From contig NZ_JAGSOH010000027.1 in assembly GCF_018139625.1 (NCBI RefSeq), positions 284 through 32,283 on the forward strand: a stretch of 32,000 bases of DNA, in the 5' to 3' direction. Every line of letters starts with the position of its first letter. Position 1 is the stretch's first letter. The DNA is from Actinospica acidithermotolerans (GTDB lineage: Bacteria; Actinomycetota; Actinomycetes; Streptomycetales; Catenulisporaceae). The notes under the pieces were generated by a model. The model was given only the letters and a program-made list of their open reading frames with translations. It ran no database searches and was not told the DNA's origin. Positions 8,080 to 16,766 of the stretch are shown here, piece by piece. Position numbers and translations under genes: made by a program.

Positions 8080-8517
8080 ATGAGCGACATGACCGACGCG
8101 AACGACTGGAACGCGAACACCATCGCGGAGTTCCGTGCGAACGAGGGCAAGGTCGGCGGGATGTTCGAGGGCGCCCCGCTCGTCCTGCTGCACCACCGGG
8201 GCCGCAAGTCCGGCCGCGAGCACGTCACCCCCATGATGTACCTCCCGAACGAGACCGACCCGAACGTGATCTACGTCTTCGCGAGCAAGGCCGGCGCGCC
8301 GAGCAACCCGGATTGGTACTACAACCTGGTCGCCGCAGGCAGCGGCAGCGTCGAGCGCGGGACCGAGTCGTACGACGTGACCGTGCGCGAGCTGCCGGGC
8401 GACGAGCGCGACCGCATCTACGCGGAGCAGGCGAAGCGCTACCCCGGCTTCGCCGACTACGCCCGCAAGACGGAAGGCATCCGCGTCATCCCGGTCCTCG
8501 AGCTCAGCCGGGCGTGA
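8080..8517 (+). CDS. deazaflavin (F420)-dependent nitroreductase-family oxidoreductase (DDN family)
   Basis: NTIAEFRANEGKVGGMFEGAPLVLLHHRGRKSGREHVTPMMY...ASKAGAPSNPDWYYNL matches the DDN/PF04075-type pattern. The start is ambiguous: GTG 8044 in the track, ATG 8080 or ATG 8089. Confidence 0.8.
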   Translation: MSDMTDANDWNANTIAEFRANEGKVGGMFEGAPLVLLHHRGRKSGREHVTPMMYLPNETDPNVIYVFASKAGAPSNPDWYYNLVAAGSGSVERGTESYDVTVRELPGDERDRIYAEQAKRYPGFADYARKTEGIRVIPVLELSRA

Positions 8518-8609
8518 CCGGCCGCTACGCCGCACACGAAGAGTCCCGCCGCCGAACCACGCAGCCGTCGTCCGGCCGGGCGTAGCCCGCCGCCGCGCCG
8601 CACCCGAGG

Positions 8610-8636
8610 CCCGCGCAGCCGGTCCGGCTGCGCGGG
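8610..8636. terminator. bidirectional GC-rich hairpin between convergent genes
   Basis: CCCGCGCAGCC-ggtcc-GGCTGCGCGGG forms a perfect 11-bp stem with a 5-nt loop, between the DDN stop (8517) and the pmbA-like stop (8680). Confidence 0.6.
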
Positions 8637-8679
8637 CTCTCTTCGGGCGGGGCTCGCTCGCGAGGTTCTCCGGCCGCCC

Positions 8680-10071
8680 TCAGCCCGAGGCGCCGCCGGT
8701 GAAGTTCCAGGCGGCCAGGTGCAGGCCGGGGGCCGTCGCCGAGTTCGCGCCGTAGTTGTACGGCGTGGCGATCGCGTCGCTGCCGATGCCGAGCACGTTG
8801 CCCGGCCCGAGCGACTCGGAGTACGACTGGGTGAAGCGCATGTTCTTCACCGGGCGGACGATCTCGCCGTTCTCGATCAGCCAGGTGCCGTTGCGGGTGA
8901 GGCCGGTCATCAGCACGCGGCGAGGGTCGAGGCAGCGCGTGTAGAAGTGGTCTGTGACGAGCAGTCCGCGTCCGACCCGCGCCACCAGCTCCAGGACGGA
9001 CGAGTTCGACGCCGGCCCGTCGACCTCGGTCGGAGCCGGGCCGGCCGCGGGTTCCAGGCGGATGTTGCCCGGCGACATGCCGAACACCGCGCTCTCGGCG
9101 GCGGCGTACCCGTTGGCGGCGACGCCGGCTTCCACGGCCGAGCGGCGGTCGTATGCGGCGTCGCGACTGACACCGTTCTCGACCAGGACCAGACGACGGC
9201 GCGGCGTGCCCTCGGTGTCGAACGGCAGGCCGGCCGCGACGGCCGAGACAGCGTCGTCGACCAGGGTGACCGAGCCGTCCATCTGCTGGCTGCCGAACTC
9301 CAGGAACGACTGGTGCTCGTTGACCAGCTTCCCGTTGAAGCCGAAGTTCCCCAGGCAGTACAGCACGTCGGCGACCGCCGTCGGTTCGAGTACGACCTCG
9401 TACGCGCCCGGCTCGATCTCGACCGCGCCGTCCCACGCGCGCGCCTTGGCGGCGGCCCGCGCGCCGTGGACCGCGCAGTCGATGTCGGCGATCCGGCGCG
9501 ATGCCTGGCGCGCCACGCCGTCCGAGAGCGAGGCGGTCTTCGCGATCGCGTCGAGGGCGGCCTCGGTGCACGCCCCGGACACCGCCTGCCCGGCCGAGTT
9601 CGCGTAGGCGCTGCTCCAGTAGCGGGTGCGGAAGTACCCGGCCGCCGTGAGGTCCCCGACGGCTTCGATGTAGTCACGCACGCGAGAGGCCCGGTCGGCC
9701 GGCGACGCGTCGACGATCGCCTCGTCGACGTCGTGGCTGGGCAGCACCGGTGCCGGGCCGATCAGCCCCGGCCAGCCCGGGTCCGCCGGCGAGGCCTTGG
9801 CCGCCGCGACGGTCCGCTCGACCATCTCCCCCAGCGCGTCCGCTCCGACCAGCGTCGAGGACGCCGAGGCCGTGCGGCCCTCGCTGTGGATGCGCAGCTG
9901 GACCTCGGTCGTGGTGTCCGCGACGTTCTGGTGGATGTATGAGTTGGCGAAGCGGGTGAGCGCGAGCGCGACACGGTTGACCGACACGTCCACGTCGGCG
10001 GACGGCCCGGCCGAGGCGCGCGCGAGTTCCAGGACGCGCGCGGCGAGTTCGAGCTCTGTCTGGTCGCTCAT
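8680..10071 (-). CDS. PmbA/TldE-family metalloprotease partner subunit
   Basis: This is the second half of track ORF 8680-11529. The real start is ATG 10071 (MSDQTELELAARVLELA). It forms an ATGA overlap with the tldD stop at 10068-10071. It has TldD/PmbA-family features but no HExxxH, as expected for the PmbA-type partner. Confidence 0.85.
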   Translation of the reverse strand: MSDQTELELAARVLELARASAGPSADVDVSVNRVALALTRFANSYIHQNVADTTTEVQLRIHSEGRTASASSTLVGADALGEMVERTVAAAKASPADPGWPGLIGPAPVLPSHDVDEAIVDASPADRASRVRDYIEAVGDLTAAGYFRTRYWSSAYANSAGQAVSGACTEAALDAIAKTASLSDGVARQASRRIADIDCAVHGARAAAKARAWDGAVEIEPGAYEVVLEPTAVADVLYCLGNFGFNGKLVNEHQSFLEFGSQQMDGSVTLVDDAVSAVAAGLPFDTEGTPRRRLVLVENGVSRDAAYDRRSAVEAGVAANGYAAAESAVFGMSPGNIRLEPAAGPAPTEVDGPASNSSVLELVARVGRGLLVTDHFYTRCLDPRRVLMTGLTRNGTWLIENGEIVRPVKNMRFTQSYSESLGPGNVLGIGSDAIATPYNYGANSATAPGLHLAAWNFTGGASG

Positions 10072-11510
10072 CCGCGCACTCCCACTCGCACGTTGGTGAA
10101 CCTGGCCGGCGCGGAGGGGTGGCCGGTGTGCCCGGTCTGGCCCGGCTGGCCCTTGCCGCAGTTGGGCGTGCCCCAGGCGACGATGTCCGAGGACAGCATG
10201 TCCATCGACGCCCAGAACCGCGGGCCGATGCCGGTGTACGTCGGGTTCTTCAGCATCCGGCCGAGCCTGCCGTTCTTGATCTCGTAGGCGATCTGGCAGC
10301 CGAACTGGAAGTTGAGCCGGCGGTCGTCGATCGACCAGGACCGGTTCATGTCCATGTAGATCCCGTCGTCGGTGGCCGCGATCATCTCCTCGAGCGTGTG
10401 CGGCCCCGGTTCGAGGCCGACGTTCGTCATCCGCACCATCGGCAGCCGGGCCCAGCCGTCGGCCCGGACGCTGCCGCCGTAGTCGAGCCCGGCGACGGCC
10501 GCGCTCTCCCGTCCGGCGAGCACGCCGGTCCAGACGCCGTTGCGGACCGCGTCGCGCTTGTGCGCCCGCGTCCCCTCGTCGTCCCAGCCGAAGGAGCCGA
10601 GCGCGCCAGGGTAGGTCGGGTCGATGACGATGTTCATCAGCTCGGAGCCGAACCTGAGGCTGCCGAGCCGGGACAGGTCGAGCCACGACGTGCCCGCGTA
10701 CGCGGCCTCCCAGCCGAGGATGCGGTCCAGTTCGATCGCGTGGCCGACGGACTCGTGGATCTGCAGGGCCAGCTGCTCGCCGCCGATGATGACGGTGGTC
10801 TCCCCCGCCGGGCACTGCGGCGCGCGGGTCAGGGCCCGGGCCTCCTCGGCGATGCGGGCGGCGTGCGCGCCGAGGTCGGTCTCCTCGACGAGCTCCCATC
10901 CGCGGGTCCCGAACTGGCCGCGGCGCGAGGGGTAGGACCGCACCTGCGTCTCCCCGTCGCCGATCACGGTCGAGGTGATCGCGCCGCCGCACTCGCGCAC
11001 GTGCTGGTCGATGCGGTGGCCCTCCGACGAGACGAACCACTTCCGGGTGTCCCAGATGTCGTAGGAGCCGACGGCGATGTCCGCACCCTGCTTGCGCATC
11101 TCGGCGGTCGCGGAGGTGAGCAGGTCGCCTTTCTCGGAGAGCGGCACGGACAGCGGGTCGATCCGGCACTCGCTGGCCCAGGACCCGACCTCCGGCTCCG
11201 CGGGGATGAGCCCCGGCCCGCCGCGCCGGTTCGGCACGGTCGCGGAGGCCGCGGCGATCTCGGCGGCCCGCGCCCCGGCGCGCCGGGCGACCGCGTCGTC
11301 GAGATCCGGCACGCCGAAGAAGCCCCAGCTGCCCCCGACCAGCGCGCGGACCCCGATCCCGGCGCTCTCCCGCTGCGTGAGATCCTCCACGTCCCCGTTT
11401 CGGGCCGACATGGACTCGTAGCGCCGGTGCATCACCCGCGCGTCGGCATAGGTGGCACCGGCGGCCAGCGCCGCCTCGACAGCGGCGTCGGCGGCGTCGA
11501 AATGCGTCAT
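10068..11510 (-). CDS. tldD: TldD-family zinc metalloprotease
   Basis: 480-aa ORF with the HExxxH motif in IHESVGHAIELDRILG and TldD-like blocks (SIDDRRLNFQFG, GTPNCGKGQPGQ). Confidence 0.9.
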   Translation of the reverse strand: MTHFDAADAAVEAALAAGATYADARVMHRRYESMSARNGDVEDLTQRESAGIGVRALVGGSWGFFGVPDLDDAVARRAGARAAEIAAASATVPNRRGGPGLIPAEPEVGSWASECRIDPLSVPLSEKGDLLTSATAEMRKQGADIAVGSYDIWDTRKWFVSSEGHRIDQHVRECGGAITSTVIGDGETQVRSYPSRRGQFGTRGWELVEETDLGAHAARIAEEARALTRAPQCPAGETTVIIGGEQLALQIHESVGHAIELDRILGWEAAYAGTSWLDLSRLGSLRFGSELMNIVIDPTYPGALGSFGWDDEGTRAHKRDAVRNGVWTGVLAGRESAAVAGLDYGGSVRADGWARLPMVRMTNVGLEPGPHTLEEMIAATDDGIYMDMNRSWSIDDRRLNFQFGCQIAYEIKNGRLGRMLKNPTYTGIGPRFWASMDMLSSDIVAWGTPNCGKGQPGQTGHTGHPSAPARFTNVRVGVRG

Positions 11511-11644
11511 GAGCCAGAGGGTATGACATGGCTTACCGCTCCGCTACCGGCCGCGCCGCCGAGGTCGTCGCCGGGCTGAGCTGTCATCAGCTTCGAACCA
11601 CAGCACGCCTCTTCCCGTGGTAAAAGTGGTCGGCGCGGTCACGG

Positions 11645-12625
11645 ATGGACTCTGCGGGAGCGGAGGTGCGGACGCCGACGCGCGCGAGCATGACACCGGA
11701 TTATCCGAGCGGAGCATTCGTGACAGATACCTGGACTTGTGCACGCTGCGGGACGACCAACGCGGCGACGGGCTACGCGTGCATGGGATGCACTGGAACG
11801 GAGCGGGCCTTCGATCTCTCCACGCCGCCGAGCATCGGCATGGCCCCGCTCGCGATGAGCGGCTCGCGCGGCGGGTCCACGCAGGAGTTCCCTGCGATGC
11901 CGGAGTATCCGGCGATGCCGGCGTGGTCCGACGTCGCGCCCACGGCGCAGATGCCGCCGGCGGCTGCGGCTGCGGCTGCGGCTGCCGCGACGGCGTATCC
12001 GCCGGCTCCGCGGCCCGCGACGGTGCCGCTGGTGCCGCTGGCCCCTTCCGTGCCGTCGCCTCGGCCTGCCGAGCCCACGCGTGAACCCGCCGGGCCGCGG
12101 CCGTCCTCGCGCCCGTCGTCGCGCGGCGCGAAGCGGCCCAAGAAGGCCGGGAACCCCGCTGCCCGGAAGAATCTCCTCCGGCGCGTCAAACAGCTGGTCG
12201 TCCTGGCCGTCATAGCCGCCTTCCTCTTCACGACGCGGGGTTCCTGGCTGCCTGTCTGGCGTGAACTGCTGCACGGGTCTTCGCAGACCGCGTCGACCGC
12301 GGCGAACACCGAATCGACCCCGGCCGCGGCGGCGTGCCCGGCGAAGATCGCGGACTCGATCCCGGACGGCGCGGGCCACGGCGCGACGCTGGTCGAATCC
12401 CGGTCGACGAGCCAGTACGACATCACGATCTGCGACAGCAACGGCCAGCTGTACTACTACGGCGTCTCGCGCGCGAACGCCGCGCTGGCCATCACGCTGC
12501 CCGCCACGAAGTCGGGCTCGAACTACGTCGCGATGAACCAGAACTTCACGTACAACGTCGGTCCGACGAAGCTGGTCGTCTCCAACCAGGGAGCGGTCGT
12601 CGTGGAGCAGAACTTCACCGACTGA
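11645..12625 (+). CDS. membrane-anchored protein with N-terminal RanBP2-type zinc ribbon, Pro/Ala-rich linker, one TM helix and an extracytoplasmic domain of unknown function
   Basis: 326-aa ORF. WTCARCGTTNAATGYACMGC (11732-11791) fits W-x-C-x2-C-x3-N-x6-C-x2-C. A poly-Ala run is encoded by the (GGCTGC)x4 microsatellite at 11962-11985. The TM helix is LVVLAVIAAFLFT. The C-terminal roughly 110 aa match no family I recognise. An alternative start is ATG 11690. Confidence 0.7.
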   Translation: MDSAGAEVRTPTRASMTPDYPSGAFVTDTWTCARCGTTNAATGYACMGCTGTERAFDLSTPPSIGMAPLAMSGSRGGSTQEFPAMPEYPAMPAWSDVAPTAQMPPAAAAAAAAAATAYPPAPRPATVPLVPLAPSVPSPRPAEPTREPAGPRPSSRPSSRGAKRPKKAGNPAARKNLLRRVKQLVVLAVIAAFLFTTRGSWLPVWRELLHGSSQTASTAANTESTPAAAACPAKIADSIPDGAGHGATLVESRSTSQYDITICDSNGQLYYYGVSRANAALAITLPATKSGSNYVAMNQNFTYNVGPTKLVVSNQGAVVVEQNFTD

Positions 12626-12636
12626 CGCGGACGGGA

Positions 12637-13254
12637 TCAGCTCTCCGGGCCGCTGAGGCGGTACCGCGCGCGACCACCCTCGATGAGGGCGTATTGAAGG
12701 CGGTCGGCCTTCTCCACGTCGGGGGTGCGCGCGGCGATCACGTCCGCGTACAGGAAGGATTCGCCGATGCGCACGAGCGCGTAGGCGAGGGCGTCCGGGT
12801 CGATCACCGTCTCCAGCCCGTGCTCGTCGATGTCCCAGAGCAGCAGGTCCCTGATCGCGGCGACGGTGCCCGGCTGAACCAGGCCGACGGGGTCCATCAG
12901 TACCCGGACGGCCAATGCCGGCTCGTCGTCGATCAGCCGGCGCAGGCCCGGAGAGGCCGCCACGATCGCGTTGAAGTGCCGAAGCGCGCCCGTGGTGTGC
13001 AGGGCGTCGGCGGGCTTCTCGCGCTCCCAGCGCTTGATGGCGACGGCGATGGAGCGCTCCGTCTGCGCCCAGACCGCGCGGGCGAGCAGTGCCTCGCGGC
13101 CGCCGACGCGGCGGAAGAGCGTGGTGCGCGAGATGCCGAGTTCCTCGGCCAGCGCCTGCATGTCCAGACGCCGTCCCTCGGCGAACCAGTGTGCGGCGCG
13201 CTCCACGGCGTCGAACTCGTCGACGGCGTGATCACTGTCGCCTGCGGCCGCCAT
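12637..13254 (-). CDS. TetR-family transcriptional regulator
   Basis: The track ORF is 12637-13407. I prefer ATG 13254 (MAAAGDSDHAV..) with GGAGG about 8 nt upstream. The HTH is LDMQALAEELGISRTTLFRRVGGREALL. Confidence 0.85.
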   Translation of the reverse strand: MAAAGDSDHAVDEFDAVERAAHWFAEGRRLDMQALAEELGISRTTLFRRVGGREALLARAVWAQTERSIAVAIKRWEREKPADALHTTGALRHFNAIVAASPGLRRLIDDEPALAVRVLMDPVGLVQPGTVAAIRDLLLWDIDEHGLETVIDPDALAYALVRIGESFLYADVIAARTPDVEKADRLQYALIEGGRARYRLSGPES

Positions 13255-13292
13255 GGGCCCGCCTCCACTGGTCCCGGATCGCGGAACGGTGA

Positions 13293-13311
13293 AACATCTT
13301 CGCGAAGTGTT
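13293..13311. promoter_or_regulatory. imperfect palindrome in the TetR/MFS divergent intergenic region (candidate TetR operator)
   Basis: aacatCTTCGCGAAGtgtt has a perfect 10-bp core palindrome CTTCGCGAAG with flanking AACA/TGTT arms offset by 1 nt. A second weaker palindrome, AAGcaAGCGCTcaCTT, lies at 13467-13482. Confidence 0.3.
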
Positions 13312-13545
13312 GCACGCGGCGCCGGTCGGTGCCATTCTCTGCGATACCCCGCGGGCGCGCCGTTCCGTAAGCGGCACGACACGCACCGCGGACCGAGATC
13401 CAGTCACGTGTCACGTCAAGTCCCGCGGCCGCCAGAACCGTGCCGCAGCAGCACGCGCTCAATCATAAGCAAGCGCTCACTTAACGGCGGTGCGGCGAGG
13501 CCGCCCGCGCCGGATCCATCGGAACCACCAGGGAAGGGCAACTCA

Positions 13546-15672
13546 ATGGCGAGCAGCTCCTCAGCGCGTTCCGCCGCCCCGCCCGCGCCGGCCGTCGAGG
13601 CCAGACGCGGCATCTGGGGCCGGCAGCTGGACCACTATCCGTCCACCGCGCCGCGGGCGACGTATCTGGTCATCGTGGTCCTCGCGACGATCACCCTGTA
13701 CTACGAGCTCTACGTCCAGGGCTCGGTGGCGACCGCGCTGGCCGCGAACCTGCACATGACACTCGTGTACCTGATCGCGATATCGATCGTGGGCAACGCG
13801 GTGGGCGCGCTCGCGTCGGTGGTCGCAGGGCTCGCCGACCGATGGGGCCGGGCGAACCTCGTGGTCTACGGGCTCGCGGTGACCGGCGCGCTGGTGGCGT
13901 TCGGGCTCGCGAACTCCACCGACAAGTGGGTCTACCTGGTGCTGTTCGCGGTGGTCAGCTTCGTCGAGGGCATGATCCTCGTGGCCACGCCGGCGCTGAT
14001 CCGCGACTTCTCGCCGCAGCTGGGCCGGGCGTCGGCCATGTGCTTCTGGACGATGGGCCCGGTGCTCGGCAGCCTCGTGGTGAGCGAGGTGGCGAGCCAC
14101 ACGCTGGACTCGCACCCGGATTGGCAGTACCAGTACCGGGTCTGCGGCATCGTCGGCCTCGCGGTGTTCCTGATCGCGTTCGTGGGCCTGCGCGAGCTCG
14201 CGCCGCAACTGCGCGACCAGCTGATGGTCAGCATGCGCGACAAGGCTCTGATCGAGGCGAACGCGCGCGGCATCGACCCGAACGAGGTGCTGTCCGGGCA
14301 CTGGCGGCAGATGCTGCGCAAGGACATCGTCTTCCCGGCGATCGCGATCAGCGTCTCGCTGCTGTTCTACTACATCGCGGTGGGCCTGTTCGTGGTCTTC
14401 TACGCGACGAACTTCGGCTACACGGAGGAGCGGGCGAACGCGCTGTCCAACTGGTACTGGGCGGTGAACGCGGTGGCGCTGCTGGTGACCGGCGTGCTGT
14501 CCGACATGCTGAAGGTGCGCAAGCCGTTCATGCTGGTCGGCGGCGTGGTCAGCCTCGTCGGCGTGGCCATGTTCGCGATCGCGACGACGCATCCGGGTAC
14601 GACCTACTACGAGTTCGTCGCGATCCTGATGCCGATCTCGATCGGCGGGGCACTCGCGTTCGCGGCGTGGATGGCCGCGTTCACCGAGACCGTGGAGGCG
14701 CACAACCCCGCGGCGACCGCCACCGGCCTCGCGGTCTGGGGTGCGACGCTGCGCACGATCGTGGTCGTGGCGCTGCTGGCGCTGATCGCGGTGATCCCGG
14801 CGGCGAGCACGCTGGTGAACCAGGGCTCGCAGGTCTCCGCCGCGGCGGCCGGACAGGCGCCCGGACTGACGGCGGCGGAGAACGCGACGGTCAAGGCCGT
14901 GGCTGCCGACCCGACGATCGCGACCCGGGTGCAGACGATCGCGACGGACGACGCCGCGCAGCTGGCCACGGCGGAGAAGCTCAGCTCGACCACGCAGGCC
15001 GAGCTCGCCGCGTCGCCGAACGACCCGACCGTCCAGGCGGAGGCGATCAGCGAGATCTCCGGAGTCTCGGCGGCCGACGTCGCGCGAGTGATCACGCTGG
15101 GTGCGAAGTACCAGAACCAGCTCGCCACCGCGCAGGCGATCGACTCCGGCACGCAGGCGGCGCTGGCGACAAACCCCAACGACACCGCCGCCCAGGCCAA
15201 GGCGGTCAGCGACATCGCCACGGCGTTCCATCTGACGGCCGCTCAGGCCGCGGCGCGTTTCGAGGCGCTGGCCGCCGTGCCGCAGGCGGACCTCGCGCTG
15301 CTGGACACCGACGGCAAGCAGGTGCAGTCGGCCGCCGCCGCGCTGACCGCGCTCGGCAAGGTGCCGACCGCCGATCTCACGCTGGTGAGCACGTACGGCC
15401 CGGGCCTGCAGGACCCCAAGGTCGTGGCCGAGCTGAAGTACCTCCAGGCCAACGCGCCGGCCGTGGAGAAGGCGGCGAAGGACTCGCCGATCCAGTGGCA
15501 GCGCTGGTGGTGGGTGTGCTTCGGCGGCCAACTGCTGTTCATCCCGTTCATCTGGATGCTGAAGGGCCGCTGGAGCCCCCGGAAGGCGCGTGAGGACGCG
15601 CGGCAGCACGCCGAGAGCGTGGACCGGCAGCTCGCGGCGCTGGCCGGTCTCGCCGGCCGACCCGCCGAGTGA
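13546..15672 (+). CDS. MFS transporter with a large Ala-rich repeat insertion before the last TM helix
   Basis: The real start is ATG 13546 (MASSSSARS..), in frame inside track ORF 12334-15672, whose upstream 404 codons are antisense to the TetR gene. MFS motif A is GLADRWGRAN. There are about 11 TM helices, then 232 aa of Ala/Thr/Gln-rich sequence (14809-15504), then a terminal TM WWWVCFGGQLLFIPFIWML. Confidence 0.85.
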   Translation: MASSSSARSAAPPAPAVEARRGIWGRQLDHYPSTAPRATYLVIVVLATITLYYELYVQGSVATALAANLHMTLVYLIAISIVGNAVGALASVVAGLADRWGRANLVVYGLAVTGALVAFGLANSTDKWVYLVLFAVVSFVEGMILVATPALIRDFSPQLGRASAMCFWTMGPVLGSLVVSEVASHTLDSHPDWQYQYRVCGIVGLAVFLIAFVGLRELAPQLRDQLMVSMRDKALIEANARGIDPNEVLSGHWRQMLRKDIVFPAIAISVSLLFYYIAVGLFVVFYATNFGYTEERANALSNWYWAVNAVALLVTGVLSDMLKVRKPFMLVGGVVSLVGVAMFAIATTHPGTTYYEFVAILMPISIGGALAFAAWMAAFTETVEAHNPAATATGLAVWGATLRTIVVVALLALIAVIPAASTLVNQGSQVSAAAAGQAPGLTAAENATVKAVAADPTIATRVQTIATDDAAQLATAEKLSSTTQAELAASPNDPTVQAEAISEISGVSAADVARVITLGAKYQNQLATAQAIDSGTQAALATNPNDTAAQAKAVSDIATAFHLTAAQAAARFEALAAVPQADLALLDTDGKQVQSAAAALTALGKVPTADLTLVSTYGPGLQDPKVVAELKYLQANAPAVEKAAKDSPIQWQRWWWVCFGGQLLFIPFIWMLKGRWSPRKAREDARQHAESVDRQLAALAGLAGRPAE

Positions 15673-15690
15673 CGGCGATCGGATAGCCGA

Positions 15691-15716
15691 GAAGCCCCCT
15701 GTGGCCAGGGGGCTTC
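15691..15716. terminator. bidirectional intrinsic terminator hairpin between the MFS gene and the end of the hydrogenase operon
   Basis: GAAGCCCCCTG-tggc-CAGGGGGCTTC forms a perfect 11-bp stem with a 4-nt loop, followed by TTC. It lies between convergent stops at 15672 and 15723. Confidence 0.7.
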
Positions 15717-15722
15717 TTCGCG

Positions 15723-16517
15723 TCAGCCGAGCACTTCCGCCGCTCCGCTGTGCTCGACACGATGGTTGGTGATCTCCAGCTGGCGCAGCGTGTAGTGCCG
15801 CAGGGCGTTGAGCCGGGTCGGAGTGAGGATGTCGCACACCCAGTCCCAGTGCAGCGAAACCCAATCGCCGACCGCGAGCTCGCCGAGGTAGCCGAGCCCG
15901 TCGGCGGAGCGGCGCGCGGTCTCGGTGACCGGGTCGCCGAAACCGAGATCGCCGCCGTCGTAGGTGAGGGGTCGGTAGCGGACGACGGCCTGGTCGCCGC
16001 GCAGGGCCTCGACGCGCCCCCAGCGGATCCTGCACCGGTCCAGCACGCTCAGGGCGTGGTCCGCCTTGCGGTCGTCGGTGAGCAGCCCGACCCACGGGTA
16101 GATGCAGAACACGTGGAAGCTGTGGTGCGGCACTCCTCCGGCGAGCACGCCTTCGAGCAGGCGCGGGAACATGCTGCCGATCCGCGGGCGGAAGCGGTCC
16201 TCCATCGACGTGGCGACGGCGCCGAGGCCCACGCGGTCGAGCAGCGGGCTGCCGACCCAGTAGGCCTCGACGACGCGACGGTCCAGCGGGTCGGGGATGC
16301 CGGTGGCTCCGGCGATCAACTCCAGGTAAGGCCAGGCGCCGGCGAAGCCGCGTGCCAGTTGGGCGAGTCCGGGATCGACGACGCCGGCCGCGCCGTACTC
16401 GAAGAGCGCGGCGCTGTCCGCCGGGCCGCAGTAGCCGAGCGAGTTGGGCGGGTAGGCGTAACGGACGAACAGCTGCGCGCCGGGGATTTCGGCGCGCGGC
16501 GGGGTCAGGGTGTCCAT
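15723..16517 (-). CDS. conserved hydrogenase-cluster protein of unknown function (I recall the label DUF6390 for this family; unverified)
   Basis: The real start is ATG 16517 (MDTLTPPRAEIPGAQLFVRYAYPPNSLGYCGP..) with GGAGG 5 nt upstream, in frame in track ORF 15723-16745. It overlaps the hypC stop by 13 nt and is the last gene before the terminator. Confidence 0.7.
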   Translation of the reverse strand: MDTLTPPRAEIPGAQLFVRYAYPPNSLGYCGPADSAALFEYGAAGVVDPGLAQLARGFAGAWPYLELIAGATGIPDPLDRRVVEAYWVGSPLLDRVGLGAVATSMEDRFRPRIGSMFPRLLEGVLAGGVPHHSFHVFCIYPWVGLLTDDRKADHALSVLDRCRIRWGRVEALRGDQAVVRYRPLTYDGGDLGFGDPVTETARRSADGLGYLGELAVGDWVSLHWDWVCDILTPTRLNALRHYTLRQLEITNHRVEHSGAAEVLG

Positions 16518-16747
16518 GCGGCCTCCGCGCTGTACGAGTCCAGGGTCTTGAGCGATTCGGCCGCCTCGTCGTCGGTGAGCGTCTGGAGGGCGAAGCCCAT
16601 GTGCACGAGCACCCAGGTGCCGCCGGTCGGCGGGGCGTCGAGCAGGCCGACGTTCACCGGCCGCCGGACGCCCGCGATGTCGACCAGCGCCACGTCTGGT
16701 CTGTCTTCGACGAGTCCGGCGACCTGCCCGACGAGTCCGAGGCACAT
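16505..16747 (-). CDS. hypC: HypC/HupF-family [NiFe]-hydrogenase maturation chaperone
   Basis: The start at ATG 16747 gives MCLGLVGQVAGLVED.., the canonical MCLG(I/L)(P/V)GQV N-terminus with the essential Cys2. GGGAGGAG lies 7 nt upstream. 80 aa. Confidence 0.9.
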   Translation of the reverse strand: MCLGLVGQVAGLVEDRPDVALVDIAGVRRPVNVGLLDAPPTGGTWVLVHMGFALQTLTDDEAAESLKTLDSYSAEAAWTP

Positions 16748-16766
16748 GGAACCGCTCCTCCCACCG

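Noticed and set aside
8680-11529. Single 949-aa ORF spanning the whole TldD/PmbA region
   Set aside because: The upstream half in this frame is Arg-rich nonsense. The tldD frame (10068-11510) carries the HExxxH motif and ends in an ATGA overlap with a well-formed PmbA start at 10071, so this region holds two genes, not one.
12334-13545. 404-codon N-terminal extension of the MFS ORF (track 12334-15672, 1112 aa)
   Set aside because: The extension runs antisense through the TetR gene and across the intergenic region. A proper start (ATG 13546, with an upstream purine-rich SD) precedes the first TM helix.
13561-16095. 844-aa minus-strand ORF and 583-aa plus-strand ORF (13842-15593) over the MFS gene
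   Set aside because: These are Arg/Gly/Asp-rich shadows with no motifs. The MFS frame has TM helices and MFS motif A.
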